Origin: a virus
Lineage: Duplodnaviria > Caudoviricetes
Reading direction: 5' to 3' (one strand)
DNA: 64,000 bases
Virus record (IMG/VR): IMGVR_UViG_3300018492_000150
Span: 49,640 to 113,639 of that record
Shown: positions 43,182 to 52,429 of the stretch, one piece after another
Layout: each line of letters begins with the position of its first letter
Numbering within the stretch: position 1 is the stretch's first letter
Translations under genes and position numbers: made by a program
Notes under the pieces: model-generated
The model's database searches: none
Told to the model about the DNA's origin: nothing
Seen by the model: only the letters and a program-made list of their open reading frames with translations

Positions 43182-43202
43182 TTAAAAGATGACGCAGCAG
43201 AG

Positions 43203-43232
43203 AATCCCAGTACCACTAATGGTACTGGGATT
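43203..43232 (+). terminator. Terminator after capsid gene
   Basis: AATCCCAGTACCA-CTAA-TGGTACTGGGATT plus T tract. Confidence 0.85.
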
Positions 43233-43325
43233 TCTATTTTTGTCTGATTATTTTTATCCTATTCTCATAAATACTTTATAATAATATATTATAATAGCGA
43301 TAAAAATATATAAGGAGGAATAAAT

Positions 43326-44015
43326 ATGAATGCAATTGTGGCTATTGATGATAAGAATGGAATTGGAAAAGAAGGACAGCTTTTAATAAAATTAAAAGCT
43401 GATATGAAATGGTTTAAAAATATTACTACTAACAAAGTAGTTATTATGGGAAGAAAAACTATGGAAAGTATAGGAAAACCACTACCTAATAGATTAAATA
43501 TTGTACTTACTAGAAATTATACATTAAATAAACCTGGATATATTTTTCTTCATTCTATCGAAGATCTCATGATGTTTCTGAGACTCAAACGTATCTCTAC
43601 AAAGGATTGTTTTGTAATTGGCGGACAGCAAATTTATAAAGCTCTAGAAAGACAGATAACGTATGTATACGTTACAAGAATTCATAAAACATTTGAATCA
43701 GACGCAAAATTTCCTATACCATTTAAAGCTATGAAACTACTATGTTCATCTCGTATTAGAGGAGAAAATGGAATTAATTATGAATTTCAGGTATATAGAA
43801 ATTGTGGATTGTTCTTAGATTTTTTACAACATATATTAGAAAGACCATTAAGAACTGATGAGATTGAATTATCTAAAAGAATACTAACTTCTGATACAAA
43901 TTTGAAATTGGTATTGGTAGAAGGGACAGCAGAACAATTAGGAATAGATACATCTAAAGGATTAAGAAGAAAATTCAGTTATGAAACTATAAAAGAATTC
44001 TCAGAAGACAAATAA
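43326..44015 (+). CDS. folA: Dihydrofolate reductase with C-terminal extension
   Basis: AIVA..NGIGKEG.L, DMKWFK, VIMGRKT, PLPNRLNIVL, VIGG.QIY. Confidence 0.93.
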   Translation: MNAIVAIDDKNGIGKEGQLLIKLKADMKWFKNITTNKVVIMGRKTMESIGKPLPNRLNIVLTRNYTLNKPGYIFLHSIEDLMMFLRLKRISTKDCFVIGGQQIYKALERQITYVYVTRIHKTFESDAKFPIPFKAMKLLCSSRIRGENGINYEFQVYRNCGLFLDFLQHILERPLRTDEIELSKRILTSDTNLKLVLVEGTAEQLGIDTSKGLRRKFSYETIKEFSEDK

Positions 44016-44156
44016 AAGAGAGGATAGGATTAAATCCTATCCTCTATATATTTTTTTGGAATTATTTCAAATTTTCAATTACATATTATCATCATGAAAA
44101 GGATACAGAGTCACACCTCTGTATCCTTATATCCCCAATTGAAAGGAGATGATTTC

Positions 44157-44330
44157 ATGAAAAACCTTCTTATGGAACATACGTTCCATGATTGCATGGT
44201 CGGAGATATACTCCAGCCTGTACCCGTGATCGTAACACAGGATAATGGCGATGGTACTTATCAAGGTTATCTTGACCTAGATAAGATGTCAGCTAAACAA
44301 CGTATCGTAGCAGATATGTTTAGCCATTAA
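44157..44330 (+). CDS. 57-aa microprotein, paralogue 1
   Basis: GAAAGGAG RBS; PVIVTQDNGDGTYQGYLDLDK shared with 47547-47714. Confidence 0.8.
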   Translation: MKNLLMEHTFHDCMVGDILQPVPVIVTQDNGDGTYQGYLDLDKMSAKQRIVADMFSH

Positions 44331-44454
44331 CCATAACAATAGAGAGTTATCGTCCCACCTCTCTATTATTTTTTTGTTACCTAATATATTATTTTACCAA
44401 TACTTAATATCTTCACATACAAGTAATTTATTAGTATGAAAGGAGCTAAATACA

Positions 44455-45702
44455 ATGAATCAAAATTTAGAAGGATTATACAAATGTATACTTGAATTAG
44501 GTTCAACATCTGATTTTGAAAATATAACACCTTTGAATGATTTGACCAATGCAATGAGAAGAGAACTGAACAGATTGTTTCCTGATTTTAAGTGTGGAGA
44601 AGTGATTATCAATAAAAATACAGATAAACAGTTTTTTGGTATTATAGTAGTTCCGGATTATAAATTTGGATCTTGCTCTGATTTTGCTCAAAGAGTTCTT
44701 CAGGGATATAAAGGAACTTATGTACATAATGCAGTTAGAGAATTCGAACCTTTTAAAGAATGTGCATATACATTAGAAATAGATATGCAGTTAATTAGAA
44801 GATTTGATCTTAAACCAGGTGAAGTAATTGCTCTTGTATTGAGAGAAATATGTGTTATGAATTCTCCGAAACCATATTCCGATTTAAGAAACATCATTGA
44901 CAGATTCGTTGCTCTAAATAATATAGAGCTTGACGTATATGAAATTCTAACAAGACCTGAATTATTTTCTACAGTATGCGATGTAACTATGCATAACATA
45001 ACAAGTATATTCGAAGGAAATAATCTTGAATTATATAGGAATGATGTCCCTGATGTATTGAGAACATTTGAAGATAATATTCCGGATTATTATTTATCTG
45101 CAACAGAGAAGCTTTATTCTGTAGCTACTCCTGAGAGTATAGATACTGCTACTGTATTAATGGATTGGTATCTTAGAATATATGATAAATTAGATCAAAG
45201 CAGGGAAATAGAATATCTTCTTAGAGATAGTATAGAAATAGAATCAAGTATTATTATTAAACGCATGCTCGCATATTGCTATAAGAGTATGTCAACAGTT
45301 TCTCCAAGAGACGAGAAATACTATCAAGATGTAGTTCAAGAGTCTTCAAGAAGAAAAGGTCTTATTTATCAAATGAAACGTAATGGATTGAAATCTATTG
45401 AAGAGGACTTATTTGAATATAATATGAGATTGCGAAATGTGGAGACCCAGGACGATGCTATTTTGTTAATGAGACAGATTAACAGCAGAATGAGTATTCT
45501 TGAAGATTATCTTATGGGAGAAAAAGATCTTGATGATAAAGAAAGAGAAAGATGGGAGACTTGTTACAAGAAATATCTTGATCTTAGAGAGTCTTTATCT
45601 AAAAAGACAGTATATAATAAGAAGATGTACGGTTTATTCGTAGACTATAATGCGTTGCAGAATATGTCTCAGAGCGGAAATCTTATGAATACTTATTACT
45701 AA
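44455..45702 (+). CDS. Hypothetical protein, probably virion
   Basis: 415 aa, GAAAGGAG RBS; helical C-terminal domain after VVQES. Confidence 0.6.
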   Translation: MNQNLEGLYKCILELGSTSDFENITPLNDLTNAMRRELNRLFPDFKCGEVIINKNTDKQFFGIIVVPDYKFGSCSDFAQRVLQGYKGTYVHNAVREFEPFKECAYTLEIDMQLIRRFDLKPGEVIALVLREICVMNSPKPYSDLRNIIDRFVALNNIELDVYEILTRPELFSTVCDVTMHNITSIFEGNNLELYRNDVPDVLRTFEDNIPDYYLSATEKLYSVATPESIDTATVLMDWYLRIYDKLDQSREIEYLLRDSIEIESSIIIKRMLAYCYKSMSTVSPRDEKYYQDVVQESSRRKGLIYQMKRNGLKSIEEDLFEYNMRLRNVETQDDAILLMRQINSRMSILEDYLMGEKDLDDKERERWETCYKKYLDLRESLSKKTVYNKKMYGLFVDYNALQNMSQSGNLMNTYY

Positions 45703-45759
45703 AAATATCAGAGATAGCGGATATTCTCCGCTATCTCTTTTCTTTTTATATATTTCTTA

Positions 45760-45790
45760 CCTAACATTCATGAAATTCATGAATGTTAGG
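45760..45790. repeat. 31-bp perfect palindrome, copy 3
   Basis: CCTAACATTCATGAA-A-TTCATGAATGTTAGG. Confidence 0.95.
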
Positions 45791-45803
45791 GAGGTATATA
45801 CGG

Positions 45804-46253
45804 ATGAGCTCTACTGATAAAATTATGTTCGATTTTTCATCTAAGTTTAATATTAAACTTAAATCAAATATACAACTGAATTCTGGAAAAAATTATTATT
45901 GGATAAATACATATTACTTTAATATAGAGGCATATGGAGATACCTCAGGAACTTACATAGGAGGTAATGTAAGTGATGCTATGATGGTAAATGGAATGTG
46001 TTTTGTTCAGTTTAATCTTACGGGTAATTATATAAACTATAAAAATAGCTGGTTAGAATTTGTTTCTGGAGAGGGATATGGGTCGAAAATATATTCAACA
46101 TATTTGTCAGATTCTGAAAAACATAGTGGAGGAAATCCATTAAATATATATCAAGGAATTAGACAAATGATGTTAGTTATAGATACTACTCAAGCTTGCA
46201 CATTATTTCCAAATAATTTACTTTTCCATATATGGAGAATAAATTGTAGATAG
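45804..46253 (+). CDS. Small hypothetical protein, palindrome-headed unit B1
   Basis: ATG 45804 after GGGAGG; rich in aromatic residues, Asn and Gly. Confidence 0.7.
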   Translation: MSSTDKIMFDFSSKFNIKLKSNIQLNSGKNYYWINTYYFNIEAYGDTSGTYIGGNVSDAMMVNGMCFVQFNLTGNYINYKNSWLEFVSGEGYGSKIYSTYLSDSEKHSGGNPLNIYQGIRQMMLVIDTTQACTLFPNNLLFHIWRINCR

Positions 46254-46285
46254 ATTGGATATAATTCCAATCTATCTATTTCTTA

Positions 46286-46316
46286 CTTAACATTCATGAA
46301 TTTCATGAATGTTAAG
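46286..46316. repeat. 31-bp perfect palindrome, copy 4 (compensatory change)
   Basis: CTTAACATTCATGAA-T-TTCATGAATGTTAAG. Confidence 0.95.
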
Positions 46317-46332
46317 GTAGGTGATATATAAG

Positions 46333-46791
46333 ATGAATATAATAAAATTTAAGCCATATTATAAAGCTGTATTTTCAGGATATTTACACGTAGGATCTAG
46401 TTCTAGCGGAAGTACTATTCCAATCACAAATTTAACATGTGAAGTTGATGGAAAAAATATTTATGATTGTTACGAAAACGCTCCGTTTAACCCTACGTAT
46501 TATACCGGTATTCAATGTTTAGGCCCTACAATGATACGATTTATAATTGGTGATAATAGTATAAATAAAGATTTAAGTTATCTTGCTATAGGATCTTTTA
46601 GAGACGCTAATATTAATAACAGAAAAGCTTTAATTAATCCGGACTTTACTGATCCTGAAAATGAAATGGATATATCTCCTTTACCATTATATGAAAGCCC
46701 TTGGTTAAATTCAGTAACTCTAGTTTCAAATATAGGACAATCTGATATGAACTTTACTAAATATATTTTAGAAGCGTGGGTTTTTGTATAA
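46333..46791 (+). CDS. Small hypothetical protein, palindrome-headed unit B2
   Basis: ATG 46333 after AGGTG. Confidence 0.7.
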   Translation: MNIIKFKPYYKAVFSGYLHVGSSSSGSTIPITNLTCEVDGKNIYDCYENAPFNPTYYTGIQCLGPTMIRFIIGDNSINKDLSYLAIGSFRDANINNRKALINPDFTDPENEMDISPLPLYESPWLNSVTLVSNIGQSDMNFTKYILEAWVFV

Positions 46792-46808
46792 AAATAGGGT
46801 TAGTCATT

Positions 46809-47351
46809 CTAGACTAACCCTAATGCTTTTTGATGATGAATGTTTAGATAATTTACCGCATATTCAAATGGAACAAATCTTCCATACTTAGTCATATATG
46901 TATCCCGAACTGACTTATCTATATATCCATAATACCATGATTTAAAATCTGCTATATATACTTCATTGTATGTGCCGTCCCAATGCATTTTGCAATTGGT
47001 ATATTTCTTTTTGAAGAACTTAAAATAACTATATTTGGTGTAAGTAATTTTACCTAATAGTATTCTAGCTTCTTCTTTAGCTTCTACATATACCTGATAT
47101 TTATGCGATCTATTTCTCTCTATAGATCCTCCAGGTATCCTATATTGCCCGTTTCCTATATTCATATATATTTCATTTTTCTTATTGAATATAAATACTT
47201 CTACACGTCCTCTGAATAATTTATCTGGATATTGATCAAAAGTAAGAATACTATTCCAATTTCCATTTATATCATAATATCCTTTATTTTTAATAATATC
47301 CTCTGTTGTTAAAGAACTATCTTTAGGAGTTCTTTTTTGCTGTTCAGACAA
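46809..47351 (-). CDS. Nudix-family hydrolase (degenerate box)
   Basis: IPGGSIE......VEAKEEA; TTG start after AAGGAGG. Confidence 0.7.
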   Translation of the reverse strand: MSEQQKRTPKDSSLTTEDIIKNKGYYDINGNWNSILTFDQYPDKLFRGRVEVFIFNKKNEIYMNIGNGQYRIPGGSIERNRSHKYQVYVEAKEEARILLGKITYTKYSYFKFFKKKYTNCKMHWDGTYNEVYIADFKSWYYGYIDKSVRDTYMTKYGRFVPFEYAVNYLNIHHQKALGLV

Positions 47352-47546
47352 TGATGTCACCTCCTTTTTTGATAATTAAAATGATTAATATTATGTGAAA
47401 GTAAGAATATAATACAAAATACAGGTTAGCTATAATAAGCTAACCTGTTAACTTTCGTTATTTTAATTATATATTATAAAAATGAATAGAGAGTAAGAGC
47501 CACCACTCTTACTCTCTATATCCCCTAAAGAAAGGAGATGAATCAT

Positions 47547-47714
47547 ATGTACAATAAACTGAAAGCAGAACATACATTCTGCGACCCTAAACCTTGGGAT
47601 AGTTGGGTCCCAAGTAGACCTGTGATAGTAACACAGGATAATGGTGATGGTACTTATCGAGGCCGCTTAGACCTCGATAAGATATCACTTGTACAGAAAA
47701 TTGCGTCTTTGTAG
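47547..47714 (+). CDS. 55-aa microprotein, paralogue 2
   Basis: Not in ORF track. MYNKLKAEHTFCD...PVIVTQDNGDGTYRGRLDLDKISLVQKIASL; GAAAGGAG RBS. Confidence 0.8.
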   Translation: MYNKLKAEHTFCDPKPWDSWVPSRPVIVTQDNGDGTYRGRLDLDKISLVQKIASL

Positions 47715-47804
47715 TTTTCTGTAAGAGAAGAAGTGTTGGCTAATGCTTCTTCTCTAATTTATTGTTATGCGAGAAATTTTTTACAACAAAGGAGTTTTTA
47801 ACAA

Positions 47805-48089
47805 ATGAGAAGAGAATGGAATTTATCGGAACACAGAAGAAATGAACGAGATATGAAATGGAATGGGTTTACATTGAAAGGTGATTCGTGGTACGGATTT
47901 GACTGGTACAATAATCCTATTGTAATTACAAAGAAAACAATGGATGGGATGGTATTGATATTCATGGCTGACGGACACCAGTGGCATGACAAATGGATAG
48001 ATATTGGAAATCCATGTATTCCGTTATATATTCAGCAACAGCTGTATGTATATGATCATTTCAAAGACAAAGGAAGAGAGTATAGATAA
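47805..48089 (+). CDS. Trp-rich hypothetical protein
   Basis: AAAGGAG RBS, 94 aa. Confidence 0.65.
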   Translation: MRREWNLSEHRRNERDMKWNGFTLKGDSWYGFDWYNNPIVITKKTMDGMVLIFMADGHQWHDKWIDIGNPCIPLYIQQQLYVYDHFKDKGREYR

Positions 48090-48139
48090 TATACTCAAAA
48101 TAAAGATAGGTAATGGAGATATTCTCCATTACCTTCTTA

Positions 48140-50161
48140 CTACTGATTTATTTTTTCTATATAAAAACAACTATCGTCTATATTTAAACAATATCCTTTA
48201 TTTATATCATTAAATATTTTAGAGCAATAATTAAATACTGCACTCCTACATTTTGGAAATAATATTTGATCATTATTTTTAGCTTTATTCAAATTCCACC
48301 CAATTATAGCAAAAGAATTGTCTTTTGCATATGGAAGCATTATATCTTCATACATATACGCACAATCTTTACATGCTACTATTTCTTTAGTTAATAACTT
48401 TTTCGCATATTCAGCTTTAGATAACAATTCATTATTTTCTTCTGCAGACTCTTTTATATTATTCTTTGCTTTTGGTACTGGTACAGATGGAGCTGACCCA
48501 GAATAATTTCCTGCTTTAGTTTGACTTGTTTTCTTTTTTGTACTTTTCACTTTCAATTGCATAGCAGGATTCTTATAATATTTCGTGCTCTCATCTTCCA
48601 TATCAATGTCTTGTGTGGAGGACTCCTGAAATAATACACCTTTATAGTTAAATCTATATAGAACGTCATGTTTTAATAATAGATACATTGCAAATATCTC
48701 TCCAGGAACAGCTACAAGTATAACAGATATCCTTCTCCAATCATCTTGTATATTTATATGATATAAATTAGCTCTGACTCGTTTTAGAGGAGGGCAGTTA
48801 TCGTTAATAAGTTTTGAATATTTTTCTTGTGTAATATTAAGTGTAGTATAAAACCTGAAAGGATATGGACGATTTGTATCTTGTATTTTGAATTTGTAAT
48901 ACTTTCTTGCAGCATTTATCGCTGCATCTTTAACTGCAAGATATTCATCTCTATCATTAGTAGGAAATCCCACTTCAGGTATCTTATAGTAATACCCTTT
49001 ATATAATTTCTTATATTCGTTATATAAATAAGATTCATTTCCTGTTGTAATATAATCTACGTATGCAGATTGAGAATCTTCATAAATAATATCAGAAGGA
49101 CTATACTTTCCTTTCTTTATATCATTACAATGTCTATCTGTGACTTTATAATCATAATTAAAGAAATCAAATCCCCTATTTACAAGAGAAATATTTTGCA
49201 ATTGAGTAATATCACTGGGTTTCCATAGAGACGGAACCTTAGATAGCTCTTGAGCTTTAGATATAATCTCCATAACAAATCTAGAACAAAACCATTTCTC
49301 ATGATCTTCTGATTCTTTTCCAAACCAAATATCAAATAATCCTTTAAAATCATATTTTAAAGTATCTTTATGGTTTGTAAAATAAGATAGTCTATTTTTC
49401 ATAGACTTATATGCGTTATCCGTAACATACATTACATATACATTATATTTAGAATTAAATTTTGTAAAGAATTTATCTTTAGGATCATTTATAGTAAATC
49501 CTATACCTTTTTCTCCTTTTCCTTTAGTTCCAAATGAATATAACGGATCTAATTTAGAATTAAAAGAAATACAAGCATGTGAGAATTCATCGCCTGTAAC
49601 TTTTTTAATAGCGTTCGCTAAAGGAGTTCCGCTATGCATTAATACTATATATACAGGATTCTTTTGAGATTTGGAGAAAATAGCTTCTTCATTTATAGTA
49701 ACGGATTCATCTATATCATCTACTTTATGTATACTCATAAAATACATTTTTTCTGTTTCTTTGTATGTTTTAAATCCATAAGATTTATATAGTTTATATG
49801 CTATCTGATTTGATTTGTTTACAGATAAATGAGTTACTCCCAAATCATTTACGGCAACTTTTAAAATCTGCTTAGATAATCCATGACCTTTATATTTCCC
49901 AAATATTTCAAATGATATTATCCATTTATAATCATCATCTTTTTCTTCTACATTAATAAGACCTACTATATCTTGATCATCTAACCATACATATCCTTTC
50001 GTATCTTTAGTTATCCTTACATGAGATAATTGACTATATTGGGATTTATAAATTTGCAAAATTGCATCTGTTAATTTAATTTTTTGAAAATGAGATAAAT
50101 ACATATCTCTTTTTGAACTGTAGTCATCTATAACTTTAGATGAAATTGATTCGAATATCAT
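48140..50161 (-). CDS. Multidomain protein: GNAT acetyltransferase plus permuted NlpC/P60 (YiiX-like) domain
   Basis: YKGHGLSKQIL..N..A..LY..YGF (GNAT); FSHACISF...WFCSRFV (His before Cys, permuted papain-like). Confidence 0.75.
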   Translation of the reverse strand: MIFESISSKVIDDYSSKRDMYLSHFQKIKLTDAILQIYKSQYSQLSHVRITKDTKGYVWLDDQDIVGLINVEEKDDDYKWIISFEIFGKYKGHGLSKQILKVAVNDLGVTHLSVNKSNQIAYKLYKSYGFKTYKETEKMYFMSIHKVDDIDESVTINEEAIFSKSQKNPVYIVLMHSGTPLANAIKKVTGDEFSHACISFNSKLDPLYSFGTKGKGEKGIGFTINDPKDKFFTKFNSKYNVYVMYVTDNAYKSMKNRLSYFTNHKDTLKYDFKGLFDIWFGKESEDHEKWFCSRFVMEIISKAQELSKVPSLWKPSDITQLQNISLVNRGFDFFNYDYKVTDRHCNDIKKGKYSPSDIIYEDSQSAYVDYITTGNESYLYNEYKKLYKGYYYKIPEVGFPTNDRDEYLAVKDAAINAARKYYKFKIQDTNRPYPFRFYTTLNITQEKYSKLINDNCPPLKRVRANLYHINIQDDWRRISVILVAVPGEIFAMYLLLKHDVLYRFNYKGVLFQESSTQDIDMEDESTKYYKNPAMQLKVKSTKKKTSQTKAGNYSGSAPSVPVPKAKNNIKESAEENNELLSKAEYAKKLLTKEIVACKDCAYMYEDIMLPYAKDNSFAIIGWNLNKAKNNDQILFPKCRSAVFNYCSKIFNDINKGYCLNIDDSCFYIEKINQ

Positions 50162-50240
50162 ACCATTAACACCTCTTTCCAAATAATTAATAAGATGTGC
50201 TGAAAAGAAAAAGCTACGGAATATTCCGTAGCTTTTTTAA

Positions 50241-50552
50241 TTAACTAAAATAATCATATTCTGGTATTATCGCAAAATTATAGCCTTAGCAATTAAATCC
50301 CTCATATTGAAGATCTTGCATCTATATGAGATGAAGATGTCACTGTAAATGATAATGTTATTCTAGTAGGAGCAATAAAATGAAATTTTAATAATTTATT
50401 CTTAACTCTTTCTTTAATTTTACTATTAAGAAAAGTACCATTTTCTGCTAATAATGAATTTTGGCAAAAAAAGACAATTGCCCAGATAAACTTGAAGACG
50501 CATATATAATATCATTGTCTCCTTCTATATGTGTCATAAATATATTTGCCAT
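50241..50552 (-). pseudogene. Possible disrupted small gene
   Basis: GAAAGGAG RBS and ATG at 50552; stops after 34 codons just past a T7 run; coding-like frames continue with shifts. Confidence 0.3.
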
Positions 50553-50679
50553 ACTTAAAACACTCCTTTCTATATATGAATTATTATTACGTGATTTATC
50601 TTTGTAACTTACTTATAATAGGAATTAACCTATTATGAATCATGATTCAAAATAATATTCGTAAAAGGAGGGAATCTTT

Positions 50680-51930
50680 ATGAGTATGAATGGTATCGAT
50701 ATTAGTAGCCATCAAAAAGGAATTAATATAAGTGCAGTTCCTTGTGATTTTGTTATTATTAAGGCTACACAAGGAACAAGTTATATTAACCCAGATTGTG
50801 ATAGAGCTTATCAGCAGGCTAAAGCTGCAGGTAAATGCCTTGGTGTTTATCATTACGCTAGCGGAGGAGGAGCTGTTGCTGAAGCAGACTTCTTCTTAAA
50901 AAATATTAAAAATTATATCGGAGAGGCTATTCTTGTTCTTGATTGGGAATCCTATCAGAACAGTGTTTATAATCAGGGACCTGCATATTGTAAACAGTTC
51001 TTAGATAGAGTTTATGAAAAAACTGGAGTAAGAGCGTTAGTATATACCAGCAAATCTGTATGCAATGCATATAATTGGGGAGCTATTGCCCCTAATCATG
51101 GATTATGGGTAGCTCAATATGCAAATAATAATCCTACAGGATATCAGTCAAGTCCTTGGACAGATAATAAAGGATATGGTGCGTGGTCTGGTCCTGCTAT
51201 TTTTCAATATAGTTCAACAGGTAGATTATCCGGTTATAATGGAAATCTTGATATTAATATTGCGTATATGGATAGAGAAGCTTGGAATAAGTATGCAGGT
51301 AAAGGGAATGCTACTCAGCCTCCTGTCACGCCTACACCTCCTACACCTACAACACCATCTGGTTCTATTATGGAACTTGCTACAGGAGTATTACAAGGAA
51401 AGTATGGAGATGGGGCTGATAGAGAAGCTGCATTAGGAACTAAATTCCAAGATGTACAGAATGAAGTTAACCATCGTCTCCAGGCATCAGTAGATACACT
51501 TGTTGCTGAAGTTAAACAAGGACGTTATGGTAATGGGGCTGATAGAGAAGCTGCATTAGGACCAAGATATAAAGAGGTCCAGGACAAGATCAATGCATCT
51601 TCCGGAGGAGGATCATCAACTACTTATGTGGTTAAATCTGGAGACACATTGTCAGGAATTGCTAGGAAATTTGGTACAACATACCAGCATTTAGCTAGTA
51701 TTAACGGACTTAGTGATCCTAATAAGATCTATCCAGGTCAAACATTAAAAATCAGCGGAGGTGGATCAGCACCAGCTGCTCCAACAAAACAGTATTATAC
51801 AATTAAATCAGGTGACAGTCTTTCTGCAATTGCATCTAGATATGGTACTTCTGTATCTCAGTTATGCGCATGGAATGGAATTAGTAATCCGAATGTAATT
51901 TATGCTGGTAATACAATTAGAGTAAAATAA
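50680..51930 (+). CDS. Endolysin: GH25 muramidase, two Cpl-7-like repeats, two LysM
   Basis: GIDISSHQ, KATQG, LDWE; GKYGDGADR..ALG repeats; YVVKSGDTLS LysM motifs. Confidence 0.93.
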   Translation: MSMNGIDISSHQKGINISAVPCDFVIIKATQGTSYINPDCDRAYQQAKAAGKCLGVYHYASGGGAVAEADFFLKNIKNYIGEAILVLDWESYQNSVYNQGPAYCKQFLDRVYEKTGVRALVYTSKSVCNAYNWGAIAPNHGLWVAQYANNNPTGYQSSPWTDNKGYGAWSGPAIFQYSSTGRLSGYNGNLDINIAYMDREAWNKYAGKGNATQPPVTPTPPTPTTPSGSIMELATGVLQGKYGDGADREAALGTKFQDVQNEVNHRLQASVDTLVAEVKQGRYGNGADREAALGPRYKEVQDKINASSGGGSSTTYVVKSGDTLSGIARKFGTTYQHLASINGLSDPNKIYPGQTLKISGGGSAPAAPTKQYYTIKSGDSLSAIASRYGTSVSQLCAWNGISNPNVIYAGNTIRVK

Positions 51931-51962
51931 TAAAAAAGGAGTTAGGGATTTCTCCCTAACTC

Positions 51963-52406
51963 CTAATCTTTTTTTAATGATTTTTCATTTTCGTCTACAG
52001 TAGGTTTATTATTTTTACCATCTTTATGTTTGTTTTCTTCTTCGTCCAAAACATCGGACACTGCTTCTGCTACAGGGTTAGCTAAACTTTTGAGTAGTCT
52101 CTTAGTTACTTTACCCATAAACTTACTGTCTGCGACAAGTGATACAATTTTTGTGCTCCACATACCAACTATTAGACAAATAAGTACATATGCACTAAAT
52201 GCAATGTCAATGTAATCTCTAACAGCACACATTAGAACGGTAGAAAACATAGATGATGCAACAGTTTTACCTATACTTACTTTTCTTTTTGAACTGATAT
52301 CATTTATAATATTTTTTATAACTACACCTACACTACAAAGTACAAGTGTAACCGCAAATCTATTATAAATATAATCCAAAAGCAGGGTAAATGTTAACTG
52401 ATCCAA
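51963..52406 (-). CDS. Membrane protein, holin-like
   Basis: About three hydrophobic segments, charged C-tail, next to endolysin. Confidence 0.55.
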   Translation of the reverse strand: MDQLTFTLLLDYIYNRFAVTLVLCSVGVVIKNIINDISSKRKVSIGKTVASSMFSTVLMCAVRDYIDIAFSAYVLICLIVGMWSTKIVSLVADSKFMGKVTKRLLKSLANPVAEAVSDVLDEEENKHKDGKNNKPTVDENEKSLKKD

Positions 52407-52429
52407 TGCTCTCCCTCCTAACTTTGGAT

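Noticed and set aside
9997-46316. Palindromes as a CRISPR array
   Set aside because: Copies are separated by whole genes rather than 30-40 nt spacers, and no cas genes are present
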